Assembly: GCA_947581835.1 (NCBI GenBank)
Contig: CANPVV010000003.1
Coordinates: 643 to 64,642, forward strand
Length of the DNA stretch: 64,000 bases
From: an uncultured Bacilli bacterium
Lineage (GTDB): Bacteria > Bacillota_I > Bacilli_A > RF39 > UBA660
Reading direction: 5' to 3'
Positions 1 through 9,339 of this stretch are shown one piece after another (the first letter of the stretch is position 1; every line of letters starts with the position of its first letter). Made by a program: the position numbers and the translations under genes. The notes below the pieces were generated by a model. The model did not search any database. It was given only the letters and a program-made list of their open reading frames with translations, and was not told the DNA's origin.

Positions 1-683
1 AACCAGATTTAGGTACAGCCTTAATATTATGTGGGATATTATTCTTTATTTTTATTAGTTTACCTTTTGTAAAGAAAAATATTATTAAAGTATTAAAATT
101 AGGAGCTGTAGGGGTAGTAATTGTAGTTTTAGCTTTACTTTATAGTAAGACAGAAATTATTAATGCTAGACAATTAAAGAGATTTGAATTTAGAGAGCCT
201 TGTACAAGATATACAGAAGATACAGGATATCAGGTTTGTAATGGATTTATTGCTATTCATAATGGAGGATTATTTGGGGTTGGATTAGGAAATAGTAGTC
301 AAAAATATTTATATTTACCCGAAAGCCATACAGATTTTATATTTCCAATTATAGTGGAAGAGATGGGTTTAATTGTAGGAATACTTTTGATATTTGGATA
401 TATGGTGATGCTTTATCGGATATTAAAAATAGCTAGAGAAGCAGAGAATTTGCGACTTAGTATTTTAGCTTATGGAGTGTTTTTATATTTGTTGTTTCAT
501 ATTTTAATTAATTTACTAGGAATATTAGCTTTGATACCTTTAACAGGTGTTCCTTTACCTTTTTTAAGCTATGGAGGTTCATTTACAATGAATGTAGTAT
601 TAATGCTTTTTGTTGTAGAAAGAGTTTGTATTGAGAATAAAACAATTAAAACAAAGAAAGAACTTGCACAAATAACTTCTTAA
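1..683 (+). CDS. SEDS-family cell-wall polymerase (FtsW/RodA/SpoVE), C-terminal part; 5' end lies outside the window
   Basis: The frame is open from the window edge (phase of nt 3) to the stop at 683. Translation carries SEDS signatures (...LPESHTDFIFP..., ...PLTGVPLPFLSYGGS...). Confidence 0.85.
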   Translation, partial: PDLGTALILCGILFFIFISLPFVKKNIIKVLKLGAVGVVIVVLALLYSKTEIINARQLKRFEFREPCTRYTEDTGYQVCNGFIAIHNGGLFGVGLGNSSQKYLYLPESHTDFIFPIIVEEMGLIVGILLIFGYMVMLYRILKIAREAENLRLSILAYGVFLYLLFHILINLLGILALIPLTGVPLPFLSYGGSFTMNVVLMLFVVERVCIENKTIKTKKELAQITS

Positions 684-1975
684 GAGTTAAGACTTTTTTT
701 TATACTTTTAAAACTTAAATAGACAACAATTAAAATATCTAATATTTCAGCGATAACTAAAGAATACATACCAATATTAAAGAAAGATAAAAGAGCCATA
801 GATGAGAGTTTAACAGTTATAGCAATAATAGTAATATACATACAACTTTTAGCTTTACCTAAGGCTTGAAGCATACTTTGAAGAGGTCCTTCTAAATAAA
901 AGAGAACAAAGAAGGGAGCAAGAATTTTAATATAGTTAGTACCATTTAGAGTGTTATATAGTTTTAGAAGAAAAAAGTTGCGGAAAAAAAGAATTATAGT
1001 AGAAAAGAATAGACCAATGATAAAAGATAGAATTAAAGCTTGTTTGTAACGCTTTTTAACCATCGTGATATTGTTTAGATAATAAAATTTTGAGATTTCA
1101 GGAAGAAGGGCTTGAGATATAGCTTGAATAAAAAAGGAAGGCATAGCAAGAAGAGATATCGCATAAGCATTGTAAGCACCATATTCATTTAATATATAAG
1201 ACATTGGATAACCCATGAAAAGAAGAATATTAGTTAGAATTATAGGTTCAAAGAAGAAACCAATATTACCTATGAGACGAGATGAGAGAGTAGGAAGGCC
1301 AATACTTAATATTTCTTTAGTTGTAGATAGATCAGGCTTTAAATCACTTTTTTTAATATGAAAGTTTTTAGGAAGAAAGAAGAGAAAACAACAAATAGAG
1401 ATAGTTTCTGATGCAATACTCATAAGAATTAAACCCATGACAGCCTCAGTGATACCTTTTTTAATAAGAGGAGGAATTATTAAATAGATGAGGAGAATAC
1501 GAATAATTTGTTCTAATATGTTAGATATAGTGTTGGGTAACATTTTTTGTTTACCATAAAAATAACCTTTTAGAATACTAGATAAAGAAATAAAAGGGAA
1601 AGTTAGAGACATAGCTAGTATTAGAATAGATGTGCGGGCATCATGTAAAAGTTTGATCGCAATAAAATCTTTAGTTAAATAAATAAAGATAATAACTAGA
1701 ATATTAATAAAAATAGTAATAAATGTTGCATTAGAAAGTATTTTTAGACTAGGTTTTTCATGTTTACTGATAAGATTTGAGATAACTAAAGGAAGAGAAA
1801 ATGTTGCAATAGTAAGAAGTAAAGAATAAGTAGGCATAACTAAAGAATAAAGGTTTATAGCATCGTTACCAACCATTCTTGTATAGATAATACGAATTAG
1901 AAAGCCAAGGATTTTGGTAATAAAACCACCACATAATAAAATAAAAGCTGATTCTAAAAATTTGTTCTTTTTCAT
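680..1975 (-). CDS. MOP-superfamily flippase, SpoVB/YtgP/MurJ-like polytopic membrane protein
   Basis: 431-aa multi-TM ORF. The N-terminus (GGFITKILGFLIRIIYTRMVG..LYSLVMPTY) resembles SpoVB-type flippases. It sits divergent from a comN-like gene, as spoVB does in B. subtilis. Confidence 0.75.
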   Translation of the reverse strand: MKKNKFLESAFILLCGGFITKILGFLIRIIYTRMVGNDAINLYSLVMPTYSLLLTIATFSLPLVISNLISKHEKPSLKILSNATFITIFINILVIIFIYLTKDFIAIKLLHDARTSILILAMSLTFPFISLSSILKGYFYGKQKMLPNTISNILEQIIRILLIYLIIPPLIKKGITEAVMGLILMSIASETISICCFLFFLPKNFHIKKSDLKPDLSTTKEILSIGLPTLSSRLIGNIGFFFEPIILTNILLFMGYPMSYILNEYGAYNAYAISLLAMPSFFIQAISQALLPEISKFYYLNNITMVKKRYKQALILSFIIGLFFSTIILFFRNFFLLKLYNTLNGTNYIKILAPFFVLFYLEGPLQSMLQALGKAKSCMYITIIAITVKLSSMALLSFFNIGMYSLVIAEILDILIVVYLSFKSIKKSLNS

Positions 1976-2050
1976 GGGACCTCTTTTAAAAATAAAAATT
2001 ATATTATATAATATATATATGTTTAAAAAATTAATTTAGTAGGTGATTTA

Positions 2051-2329
2051 ATGGATGATATTAAATTTAAAAGTTTAGAAGACTTATATAAAAGAATTTT
2101 ACCGGCTTTAAAGACTAAAACAAGAGAAATACATAAGATGGGACTTATTTATGTACATGAAGAAGATATTTGGAATTATCTAAAGACTTATAAATGGGTT
2201 AGTAGTCGAGATTTAGATTTAGGGGGAATGGTAAATGATATAATGGGTTTAGATATTACGGAACTTAAAAAAGATGTGGAAGAGAAGATAAAACAATATC
2301 ATCGAGAAATTGATCAAGAGGAGATATAG
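2051..2329 (+). CDS. Small ComN/YrzD-like post-transcriptional regulator family protein
   Basis: 92 aa. The pattern EDIWNYLKTYKW....L..MVNDIMGL matches my recollection of ComN (DVW..L...KW...LHELVNDILSL). Its position between the spoVB-like gene and relA fits. The stop abuts the relA start. Confidence 0.5.
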   Translation: MDDIKFKSLEDLYKRILPALKTKTREIHKMGLIYVHEEDIWNYLKTYKWVSSRDLDLGGMVNDIMGLDITELKKDVEEKIKQYHREIDQEEI

Positions 2330-4483
2330 ATGGAAATAAATGAAGAAGTAATAACTTTTGAAGAGTTATATACAAAAATTAAAGAAAATATTCAAGATAC
2401 AGAAGAATTGTTAAAGATTAAAGAGGCATATCAGTTTGCAAAAGAGGTTCATAAAGGACAGAAAAGACTTACAGGAGAAGATTTTATAACTCATCCTTTA
2501 AGAGTGGCAGAAATAGTTAATGGACTAAATGTTGATAGTGTAACAATTATTGGAGCTTTATTGCATGAGGTTATGAATAGTGGTGAAATATCCCAAGCAG
2601 ATATAGCAGAAAAGTTTGGAGAGACTGTAGCAACCATCGTGGATTCTGTAACTAAAATTAATAAATTAGAGTTAGTTGATGATTCAGAGTATAGTGCAAT
2701 ATATTTAAGAAAAGTTTTGGTGGGACTTGCAACAGACGTAAGAGTTTTATTTATAAAATTAGCTGATAGATTACATAATATGCGAACTAATTATGTGATT
2801 GATCCAAAGAAACAAAAAGGAAAAGCTAATGAAACAACTGCGGTATTAATTCCTATCGCACATAGATTAGGAATTAATTCAATAAAAAGTGAGTTAGAAG
2901 ATTTATGTTTATATTATACAAAACCAGACGTGTATAATGATATTTTAGAAAAATTAAATGATAGTAGAGATTTACTTAATGCTGCTTTACAAGAGATGAT
3001 TGAAAGTATAACCGAAATATTACAGGAACAAGGGCTAAAATTTAAGATAAAGGGAAGAGTTAAAAGTGTACACTCAATTTATAATAAATTAGCAAGCGGA
3101 AAAAAATGGAATGAAATATATGATATTTTGGCTTTGAGAGTTATTTTAGATAAAGTTAGTGATTGTTATATGGCGGTGGGATTAGTACATTCTAAGTATC
3201 GACCAATACCTAAGAGATTTAAAGATTATATTGCGATGCCAAAAGCAAATATGTATCAAAGTTTACATACTACAATTTTTGGGGTTGATGGCTATTTGTT
3301 TGAAGTGCAATTTCGAACTTTTGAAATGGATGAGTTTGCTGAGAAAGGTATGGCATCTCACTGGTCTTATAAAGAGCATGGAACTAAAAAAGTACAGCAT
3401 ATTATGGAACAGAAATTGGAAATGTTTCGAAATATAATTGAGACAAATGAAGATCAAGATGACGTTTCATTTGAGGCCGACGTTAATAGTGATTTGCTCG
3501 CCGAAATGATTTATGTATTTACACCTAAAGGGGATGTCATGGAACTGCCTCGAGGTTCAACACCAGTTGATTTTGCTTATAGAATTCACTCCGATATTGG
3601 AGATAAAACCGTGGGAGCAATTGTAAATGATGCAATTGTGCCTTTAAATCAAGAACTTGAAAATGATGACATAGTAAAGATTAAAACTAATAGTAATGCT
3701 ACACCTAATAAAGATTGGTTAAACTTTGTAAAGACTAGTCAAGCGAAGAATAAAATTAAGTCATATTTTAGTAAACAAGAGAGAATTAATATGACTTTAA
3801 AAGGTAAAGAAATATTAGAAAAAGAACTTAGAAAAAGAAAATTAGCTTTTAATGAGGTAATGAAGGATGAGGCAATAAATAAGATATGTAAAGATTTAAA
3901 ACTTAATGATTTAGATGATATATATTTATCTATTGGAACACTTAGATATACGGCAGGTTTTATTATTAGTTTAACAGAAGCCTCTAAAGAGAGTTTAGAA
4001 GATGCGATAATTACAAGAGTAAATAGTCATGGAAATGAAAGTATTAGTTATAAAAATGATATTATTGTTTCGGGTATGGGAGATATTTTAGTAAATATTG
4101 CTAAATGTTGTAAGCCAGTTAAAGATGATGAAATTGTAGGTTTTATTACAAAAGGACAAGGAATAACTGTTCATAGAAAGAATTGCTTTAATATAAGTGA
4201 TGCGAAAGAAAGAATAATAGACGTTAGTTGGAATCCTAAGAGTGAAGGTATTTATTTAACAGATTTATATATAGTTACTGAGGCTAAGAAAAGTTATATT
4301 AGTGATATTATTGCAATATTTACAAAAAGAAATATTTATATAGATGAGTTAAAGACTAAAGAATATGATAATAGTATTGGTTATGAGGTTACTTTAAAAG
4401 TTAAAAATAAAGAAGAACTGGATAAAGTAATATTAGATTTAGAGAATTTATCATTTATTATAAGTGCAAGAAGAAATAAGTAA
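2330..4483 (+). CDS. relA: Bifunctional (p)ppGpp synthetase/hydrolase RelA/SpoT homolog
   Basis: 717 aa with an HD hydrolase motif (HPLRVAEIV..LLHEV), a synthetase core (YRPIPKRFKDYIAMPKANMYQSLHTT), and TGS and C-terminal ACT-like regions. Confidence 0.95.
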   Translation: MEINEEVITFEELYTKIKENIQDTEELLKIKEAYQFAKEVHKGQKRLTGEDFITHPLRVAEIVNGLNVDSVTIIGALLHEVMNSGEISQADIAEKFGETVATIVDSVTKINKLELVDDSEYSAIYLRKVLVGLATDVRVLFIKLADRLHNMRTNYVIDPKKQKGKANETTAVLIPIAHRLGINSIKSELEDLCLYYTKPDVYNDILEKLNDSRDLLNAALQEMIESITEILQEQGLKFKIKGRVKSVHSIYNKLASGKKWNEIYDILALRVILDKVSDCYMAVGLVHSKYRPIPKRFKDYIAMPKANMYQSLHTTIFGVDGYLFEVQFRTFEMDEFAEKGMASHWSYKEHGTKKVQHIMEQKLEMFRNIIETNEDQDDVSFEADVNSDLLAEMIYVFTPKGDVMELPRGSTPVDFAYRIHSDIGDKTVGAIVNDAIVPLNQELENDDIVKIKTNSNATPNKDWLNFVKTSQAKNKIKSYFSKQERINMTLKGKEILEKELRKRKLAFNEVMKDEAINKICKDLKLNDLDDIYLSIGTLRYTAGFIISLTEASKESLEDAIITRVNSHGNESISYKNDIIVSGMGDILVNIAKCCKPVKDDEIVGFITKGQGITVHRKNCFNISDAKERIIDVSWNPKSEGIYLTDLYIVTEAKKSYISDIIAIFTKRNIYIDELKTKEYDNSIGYEVTLKVKNKEELDKVILDLENLSFIISARRNK

Positions 4484-4604
4484 TAAGAATAAAGATATAA
4501 TAGTAATAAAATAAAAAAGTAAGGAATAGAAAAGTTAGGTTTAATTTAAGTAGAAAAAATTAAGAGAGGTAAAAGAAATTAAAATTAAAAAAGGAGGGGT
4601 ACAT

Positions 4605-4796
4605 ATGAATTATCATCCAGCTTTAGCTAAAGGTAAAGAAATTATTGTCGGTAGAAAAGCTATACCTAAACCGAATCGTCGACCTAAAAAATATAAAGAG
4701 CCATCTACGCTTTGCAGGCAGGGACACCATAGTTATCCGGTAGAAGCAGATATATATCCTATAGATAATACTCTTAAATTGGTTAGAAAAAAATAG
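4605..4796 (+). CDS. Hypothetical small basic protein (63 aa)
   Basis: Strong Shine-Dalgarno (AAAGGAGGGG) 6 nt before the ATG. Local GC is higher than in the flanking spacer. No recognisable family. Confidence 0.4.
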   Translation: MNYHPALAKGKEIIVGRKAIPKPNRRPKKYKEPSTLCRQGHHSYPVEADIYPIDNTLKLVRKK

Positions 4797-4808
4797 AAAG
4801 GGACATTT

Positions 4809-5246
4809 ATGAAAGTAGTAGTTCAAAGAAGCAAAAAAAGTAGTGTTACAGTCGATAATAAAGTTGTGGGTGAAATTAATCAAGGCCTAGTTTTATTGGT
4901 GGGTTTTACCTTTAATGATAATGAGGCAATAATTGATAAAATGATTAAAAAAATTGTTAATTTAAGAATATTTGATGATGAGGCAGGAGTAATGAATAAA
5001 TCGATTTTAGATACTAAGGGTTCTATTCTTTCCATTAGTCAGTTTACTTTATATGCGAATACGAAAAAAGGTAATAGACCGAGTTATATTGAGGCTTTAC
5101 CAGGTGGGGAAGCAGTAAAATTATATGATTTATTTAATCAAAAATTAAAAAATTTTGTGCCGGTTCAAACTGGTATTTTTGGAGCAGAAATGGAAGTACT
5201 AATTACAAATGATGGACCAATTACTATATGTTTAGAAGAAATTTAA
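4809..5246 (+). CDS. dtd: D-aminoacyl-tRNA deacylase
   Basis: 145 aa with Dtd signatures (MKVVVQR...GLVLLVGF...SQFTLYA...KGNRPSY...NDGPITI). Located downstream of relA as in Bacillus. Confidence 0.93.
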   Translation: MKVVVQRSKKSSVTVDNKVVGEINQGLVLLVGFTFNDNEAIIDKMIKKIVNLRIFDDEAGVMNKSILDTKGSILSISQFTLYANTKKGNRPSYIEALPGGEAVKLYDLFNQKLKNFVPVQTGIFGAEMEVLITNDGPITICLEEI

Positions 5247-5247
5247 G

Positions 5248-5275
5248 AATTGCTAGTTTTTAGCAATTTTATTTT
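5248..5275 (+). terminator. Rho-independent terminator after dtd
   Basis: 8-bp stem AATTGCTA/TAGCAATT with a 5-nt loop, followed by TTATTTT. Confidence 0.5.
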
Positions 5276-5308
5276 GGGGTAAAAACATAAAATTAAATAG
5301 GTGATTAG

Positions 5309-5548
5309 ATGCATATATTTGAAAATTTAGAGAATTTTTTAAGAGATAAAGATTATTATATAGATATATTTAAAAATACTATTCATGTGTATAATTATGA
5401 GACTTTAAAAAGTTTGACGGATAAAGAAATAGAATTAGAATTAAAAGAGTTTAATTTAATAATTAAGGGAGAAAATTTAGTAGTAAAAGAGATGGAGAAA
5501 CATGAAATATTAGTTAAGGGAAAAATACTTGAGGTGGTATTTAATTAA
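5309..5548 (+). CDS. yqfC: Sporulation protein YqfC (YabP/YqfC family)
   Basis: 79 aa. Family-like pattern (..IHVYNYETL....ELELKEFNLIIKGENLVVKEM...EILVKGKILEVVF). Its stop overlaps the start of the yqfD homolog. Confidence 0.8.
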   Translation: MHIFENLENFLRDKDYYIDIFKNTIHVYNYETLKSLTDKEIELELKEFNLIIKGENLVVKEMEKHEILVKGKILEVVFN

Positions 5549-6735
5549 TGAAAAGATACCTTAAAATAAAGATTATAACTGATAGAAAAAGTGAACTTTT
5601 AGTTAAACTTGATAGATTAAATATATATATGATAAATATTGTTTATCAAAATGATGGACTTATGATGGATATATTAAGGGATGATTTAAAGAGAATAAAG
5701 AAATATTTAATTAGTTATAAAGTTATAGTTATAGAAGAAAAGGGAATAGATAAGATTAAAAATAATTTAAAGAAAAATAGTTTAGTAATAGTAGGTCTTG
5801 TTTTTGGGTTAGTCTTATTTTTAGTGATAAATCGTTTAACTTTAAAAGTAAATGTAATTCATGAGAGTACAGAGATGCGAGAACTTATATTAAGTGATTT
5901 AGAAAAATATGGGGTTGTGCCTTTAAGCTTTAAGAAAAGTTATCAGGAATATGAAGAAATAATTGAAAAAATAAAGGAAGATCATAAAGATAAAATAGAA
6001 TGGTTAGAAATAGACGTAAAGGGAATGAATGTTAATGTTAGAGTTGAAGAGAGAATTATTAACGATTATCCAGTTAAAATAGGATTTTGTCATATTGTTG
6101 CTGATAAATCAGGAATAGTATCAAAAATATATACTAAAAAAGGAGTGGCAATGGTTACTATTAATGATTTTGTTAATAAGGGAGATATTTTAATTAGTGG
6201 AGAGATTAAATTAAATGAGGAAGTTAAAAATAATGTGTGTGCAAGTGGCGAGGTTAGAGCAGAGGTTTGGTATAAAGTTAAAAGTACTTATCCTTTAAAG
6301 TATAAAGAGGAAGAAAAAACAGGGAAAATGCGATATAATTTAATGATTAAAGATGGAGTTAAAGAACAGGTTTTATTAAAATCAAGAGTTAGGGATAAAC
6401 AAGTTCAGAATAAATTACTTTTTAAATTAGGGAGTTTTCAGGTATTTTTACAAAAAGAATATGAGATAAAAGTAGAAGATAAAATATATAAGGAAGAAGA
6501 AGCTTTAGAATTAGCTATGGAGAAAATTAGAGAGAAATTTAGGAATAATGGGGTTAAATTTAAGAAAATAATTGATGAAAAAGTATTGCAAAAAACTATA
6601 AATAATGATAATTTAGATATAGAAGTTTTTGTGGTGGTTGAAGAAGATATTGGGGTTAGTCAGAACTATGTAAGAGAGGCGGATAGTGATACAAGTGATA
6701 GCAAGAATAATGGAGATAATCGCTCAAGCAGTTGA
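5548..6735 (+). CDS. yqfD: Sporulation protein YqfD
   Basis: 395 aa with a single central TM segment. Overall architecture and position after yqfC are typical of YqfD. Confidence 0.85.
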   Translation: MKRYLKIKIITDRKSELLVKLDRLNIYMINIVYQNDGLMMDILRDDLKRIKKYLISYKVIVIEEKGIDKIKNNLKKNSLVIVGLVFGLVLFLVINRLTLKVNVIHESTEMRELILSDLEKYGVVPLSFKKSYQEYEEIIEKIKEDHKDKIEWLEIDVKGMNVNVRVEERIINDYPVKIGFCHIVADKSGIVSKIYTKKGVAMVTINDFVNKGDILISGEIKLNEEVKNNVCASGEVRAEVWYKVKSTYPLKYKEEEKTGKMRYNLMIKDGVKEQVLLKSRVRDKQVQNKLLFKLGSFQVFLQKEYEIKVEDKIYKEEEALELAMEKIREKFRNNGVKFKKIIDEKVLQKTINNDNLDIEVFVVVEEDIGVSQNYVREADSDTSDSKNNGDNRSSS

Positions 6736-7321
6736 TAATATGTGGCCAATGTTAACAATATTTTTAGTAGTTGTTGCAACAGTTAGAATAGCAGCGATAA
6801 AATCAAATAATGAAAGATTGGTTTTTTATAAAGAGTTTTTTAGTTTATTATTTATAATATATATTTTTTTGTTATATGAACTTTTAACTAGAACAGAGCT
6901 GAATGGTTTAAGTGGATATAATTTGGTACCTTTTACGGAGATATTTAGATATAAAATTGGTAGTGAGGCTTTTTACTTTAATGTTATAGGAAATATTGTA
7001 TTATTTATTCCATTTGGATATTTTATTTCATCATATATTAAACCGAAAAAAATATTGCCTATATTAATAGTTTCAGTAATATCGAGTGCAACAGTGGAAT
7101 TTGTTCAGTTGTGTATTGGAAGAAGTTTTGATGTCGATGATATTTTATTAAATACTGTAGGGGCTATAGGGGGATTTTTAATATATGTATCTTTAAATGC
7201 TATTAAAAAATATTTACCGGGAATATTTGGCAAAGACTTAATTTATAATATTTTATCTTTTATTATTTTAATAGTTATGGTATTATATTTACTTGGCAGA
7301 ATGGGAGTTAAAATTAGATGA
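6686..7321 (+). CDS. VanZ-like family membrane protein
   Basis: VanZ signature (EFVQLCIGRSFDVDDILLNTVGAIGGFLIY). The true start is probably the in-frame ATG at 6740 (MWPMLTIF...), just after the yqfD stop. Confidence 0.75.
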   Translation: MIQVIARIMEIIAQAVDNMWPMLTIFLVVVATVRIAAIKSNNERLVFYKEFFSLLFIIYIFLLYELLTRTELNGLSGYNLVPFTEIFRYKIGSEAFYFNVIGNIVLFIPFGYFISSYIKPKKILPILIVSVISSATVEFVQLCIGRSFDVDDILLNTVGAIGGFLIYVSLNAIKKYLPGIFGKDLIYNILSFIILIVMVLYLLGRMGVKIR

Positions 7322-7761
7322 TGCAGTATATGATTAATGATTTAGTAAATGTTGAGTTTGATTATAGTTATTTAGATGGAGTTATTAAAAGAGTTTTGGA
7401 ACATGAAAAAGTTAAAGAGGCTTTTTTTGAAATATCTTTTGTAGATGAGGATACTATTCAAGAGTTAAATAGAGATTATAGAGGAATAGATAGAGTTACC
7501 GACGTTATTTCTTTTGCTTTAGAAGATAAGAAAGATAATTTTCAAAGTGAGATAAGATTTTTGGGAGATATTTATATATGTATTCCAAGAATGAAGGAGC
7601 AAGCTTTAGAATATGAACATTCAATTAAAAGAGAGTTATCTTTTTTAACAGTGCATGGGTTATTACATTTACTGGGATATGATCATAGAAATGAAGATGA
7701 AGAAAAAATTATGTTTGGGTTGCAGGAGGAGATATTAAATGAGGAAAACATTAAATCGTAA
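7318..7761 (+). CDS. ybeY: rRNA maturation endoribonuclease YbeY
   Basis: 147 aa with the zinc motif HGLLHLLGYDH. Confidence 0.92.
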   Translation: MMQYMINDLVNVEFDYSYLDGVIKRVLEHEKVKEAFFEISFVDEDTIQELNRDYRGIDRVTDVISFALEDKKDNFQSEIRFLGDIYICIPRMKEQALEYEHSIKRELSFLTVHGLLHLLGYDHRNEDEEKIMFGLQEEILNEENIKS

Positions 7762-8185
7762 AGAATTAAATCATGAAGACGTAAAAACATTTAATAGAGA
7801 TAGTGTTAAAGTATATGGATATAAAAGATTTATTAAGAGTATCAAATATAGTATAGATGGACTTTTATATGCTTACCGATATGAACAAAGTTTATGGATT
7901 CACGGGTTAGTTACAATTTTAGCAATTACAATGGGAATTATTTTTGAGATTAGATTATCAGAGTGGGCCATTATTTTTATAGCTTTAGGAATAATTTTAG
8001 CTTTAGAATTAATTAATTCAGCGATTGAGGCCGCGGTTGATTTAACAACAACAGAGATTCATCCTTTAGCTAAAATTGCCAAAGATTGTGGTTCAGCAGC
8101 TTCTTTTGTAATGTCAATTGTTTCAGTGGTTATTAGTTTGTTTGTATTTGGACCATATTTATTGGAATTATTAGAGTTATTTTAA
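7739..8185 (+). CDS. dgkA: Diacylglycerol/undecaprenol kinase DgkA family
   Basis: Three-TM small kinase with conserved ELINSAIEAAVD. Order ybeY-dgkA-era matches Bacillus. The start is uncertain because the N-terminus is extended. Confidence 0.85.
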   Translation: MRKTLNRKELNHEDVKTFNRDSVKVYGYKRFIKSIKYSIDGLLYAYRYEQSLWIHGLVTILAITMGIIFEIRLSEWAIIFIALGIILALELINSAIEAAVDLTTTEIHPLAKIAKDCGSAASFVMSIVSVVISLFVFGPYLLELLELF

Positions 8186-8196
8186 GGAGGTACAAG

Positions 8197-9078
8197 ATGC
8201 GGAGTGGTTTTGTTAGTTTAATTGGAAGACCAAATGTAGGTAAGTCAACATTACTTAATACTTTGATAAAAGAAAAAGTGGCGATTACCTCAACGGTGGC
8301 AGGGACAACAAGAAATATTATACAAGGGATTTATAATGAAGATGATTATCAGATTATTTTGATGGATACTCCTGGAATTATTAGACCTATTAATAAATTG
8401 GGGAGAATTACTAATAAACAAGCGATGAGTTTAGTTAGAGATATCGACGTTGTTTTATTTGTGGTAGATGCATCAGAGGGGATTGGCAAAGGGGATAGAT
8501 TTATCATGAATGTTTTAAGAAAGAGTGAGGCCCCAGTTATTTTAGTTTTAAATAAAATAGATAAATTATCAAATGTTGATATTATGTATTCAATTAATGA
8601 ATATAAAGATTTATTTCCTTTTAGAGAGATAGTGCCAATAAGTGCAAAAACTCAAGATAATGTAGATAGACTTTTAGAGGTAATTAAGAAATATTTAAAA
8701 GATGAAATAAGATATTTTGATTCTAATATTAAGACTAGTAGTAGTATTTATTTTCAAATAAGTGAAATAGTTAGAGAAAAATTGTTTAATGTATTAACAG
8801 AGGAAATTCCTCATAGTCTTACTTGTCATACCGTATTTTATGAAGAGAAGAAAGATTTAATTGAGGTTCATGTAGATATTGTAGTTGATAGAGATAGTAT
8901 TAAAAAGATTATTATTGGGAAAAAGGGAGAAAGATTAAAAGAAATAGGAAGTGCCGCGAGACATGAGCTTGAGCATACTTTAAATAAAAAAGTGTATTTA
9001 GAGTTATATGTGAAGACGGTAAAGAATTGGAAAGATAAAGAAAAGTATATTAAAGAGTTAGGTTTTTTAGATAATTAA
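8197..9078 (+). CDS. era: GTPase Era
   Basis: G1 motif GRPNVGKST, G3 motif DTPG, G4 motif NKID, and a C-terminal KH domain (IIGKKGERLKEIG). Confidence 0.95.
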   Translation: MRSGFVSLIGRPNVGKSTLLNTLIKEKVAITSTVAGTTRNIIQGIYNEDDYQIILMDTPGIIRPINKLGRITNKQAMSLVRDIDVVLFVVDASEGIGKGDRFIMNVLRKSEAPVILVLNKIDKLSNVDIMYSINEYKDLFPFREIVPISAKTQDNVDRLLEVIKKYLKDEIRYFDSNIKTSSSIYFQISEIVREKLFNVLTEEIPHSLTCHTVFYEEKKDLIEVHVDIVVDRDSIKKIIIGKKGERLKEIGSAARHELEHTLNKKVYLELYVKTVKNWKDKEKYIKELGFLDN

Positions 9079-9136
9079 AAGTTTATGAATAAAAGGTTAA
9101 GTTTAAGTTCATAATTAAAATGGAAAGGATAAAATT

Positions 9137-9229
9137 ATGAATAAAAAGGAAGCTTGGAATAAGTTCAAAAAATCAGGAAAAGTAGAAGATTATTTAGAAT
9201 ATAAAAGAATAGAAAAAGAAGAAGAATAA
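9137..9229 (+). CDS. YqzL-like small protein (30 aa), below the ORF-track size cutoff
   Basis: ATG at 9137, preceded by GGAAAGGA. The peptide is MNKKEAWNKFKKSGKVEDYLEYKRIEKEEE. Its W..F...G....YL.YK pattern and its position between era and recO match B. subtilis yqzL. Confidence 0.5.
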   Translation: MNKKEAWNKFKKSGKVEDYLEYKRIEKEEE

Positions 9230-9279
9230 ATTTATTTAATCTCGTTTATAAGCGAGGTTTTTATATGGCAAATTTTTGT

Positions 9280-9308
9280 TTGACAGACATAGATATGTAG
9301 GGTATAAT
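9280..9308 (+). promoter_or_regulatory. Consensus sigma-A promoter upstream of recO
   Basis: TTGACA (9280-9285), exactly 17 nt, then TATAAT (9303-9308). Confidence 0.5.
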
Positions 9309-9339
9309 TTAGATATATTATGGTTATTAGAGGTATAAA

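Noticed and set aside
3231-3457. Short ORFs inside or antisense to larger, well-supported genes: 3231-3437, 3263-3457, 4623-4883, 11305-11499, 16259-16462, 18915-19295, 27531-27731, 31249-31458, 33826-34023, 37005-37202, 37096-37332, 37827-38012, 45403-45630, 45730-45939, 46111-46299, 47247-47435, 48746-48964, 52055-52285, 54583-54825, 58900-59235 and 61602-61790.
   Set aside because: Each lies wholly within, or largely opposite, a long ORF with clear family signatures. They lack an RBS, and their low-complexity, hydrophobic or basic translations are typical of shadow frames in AT-rich DNA.
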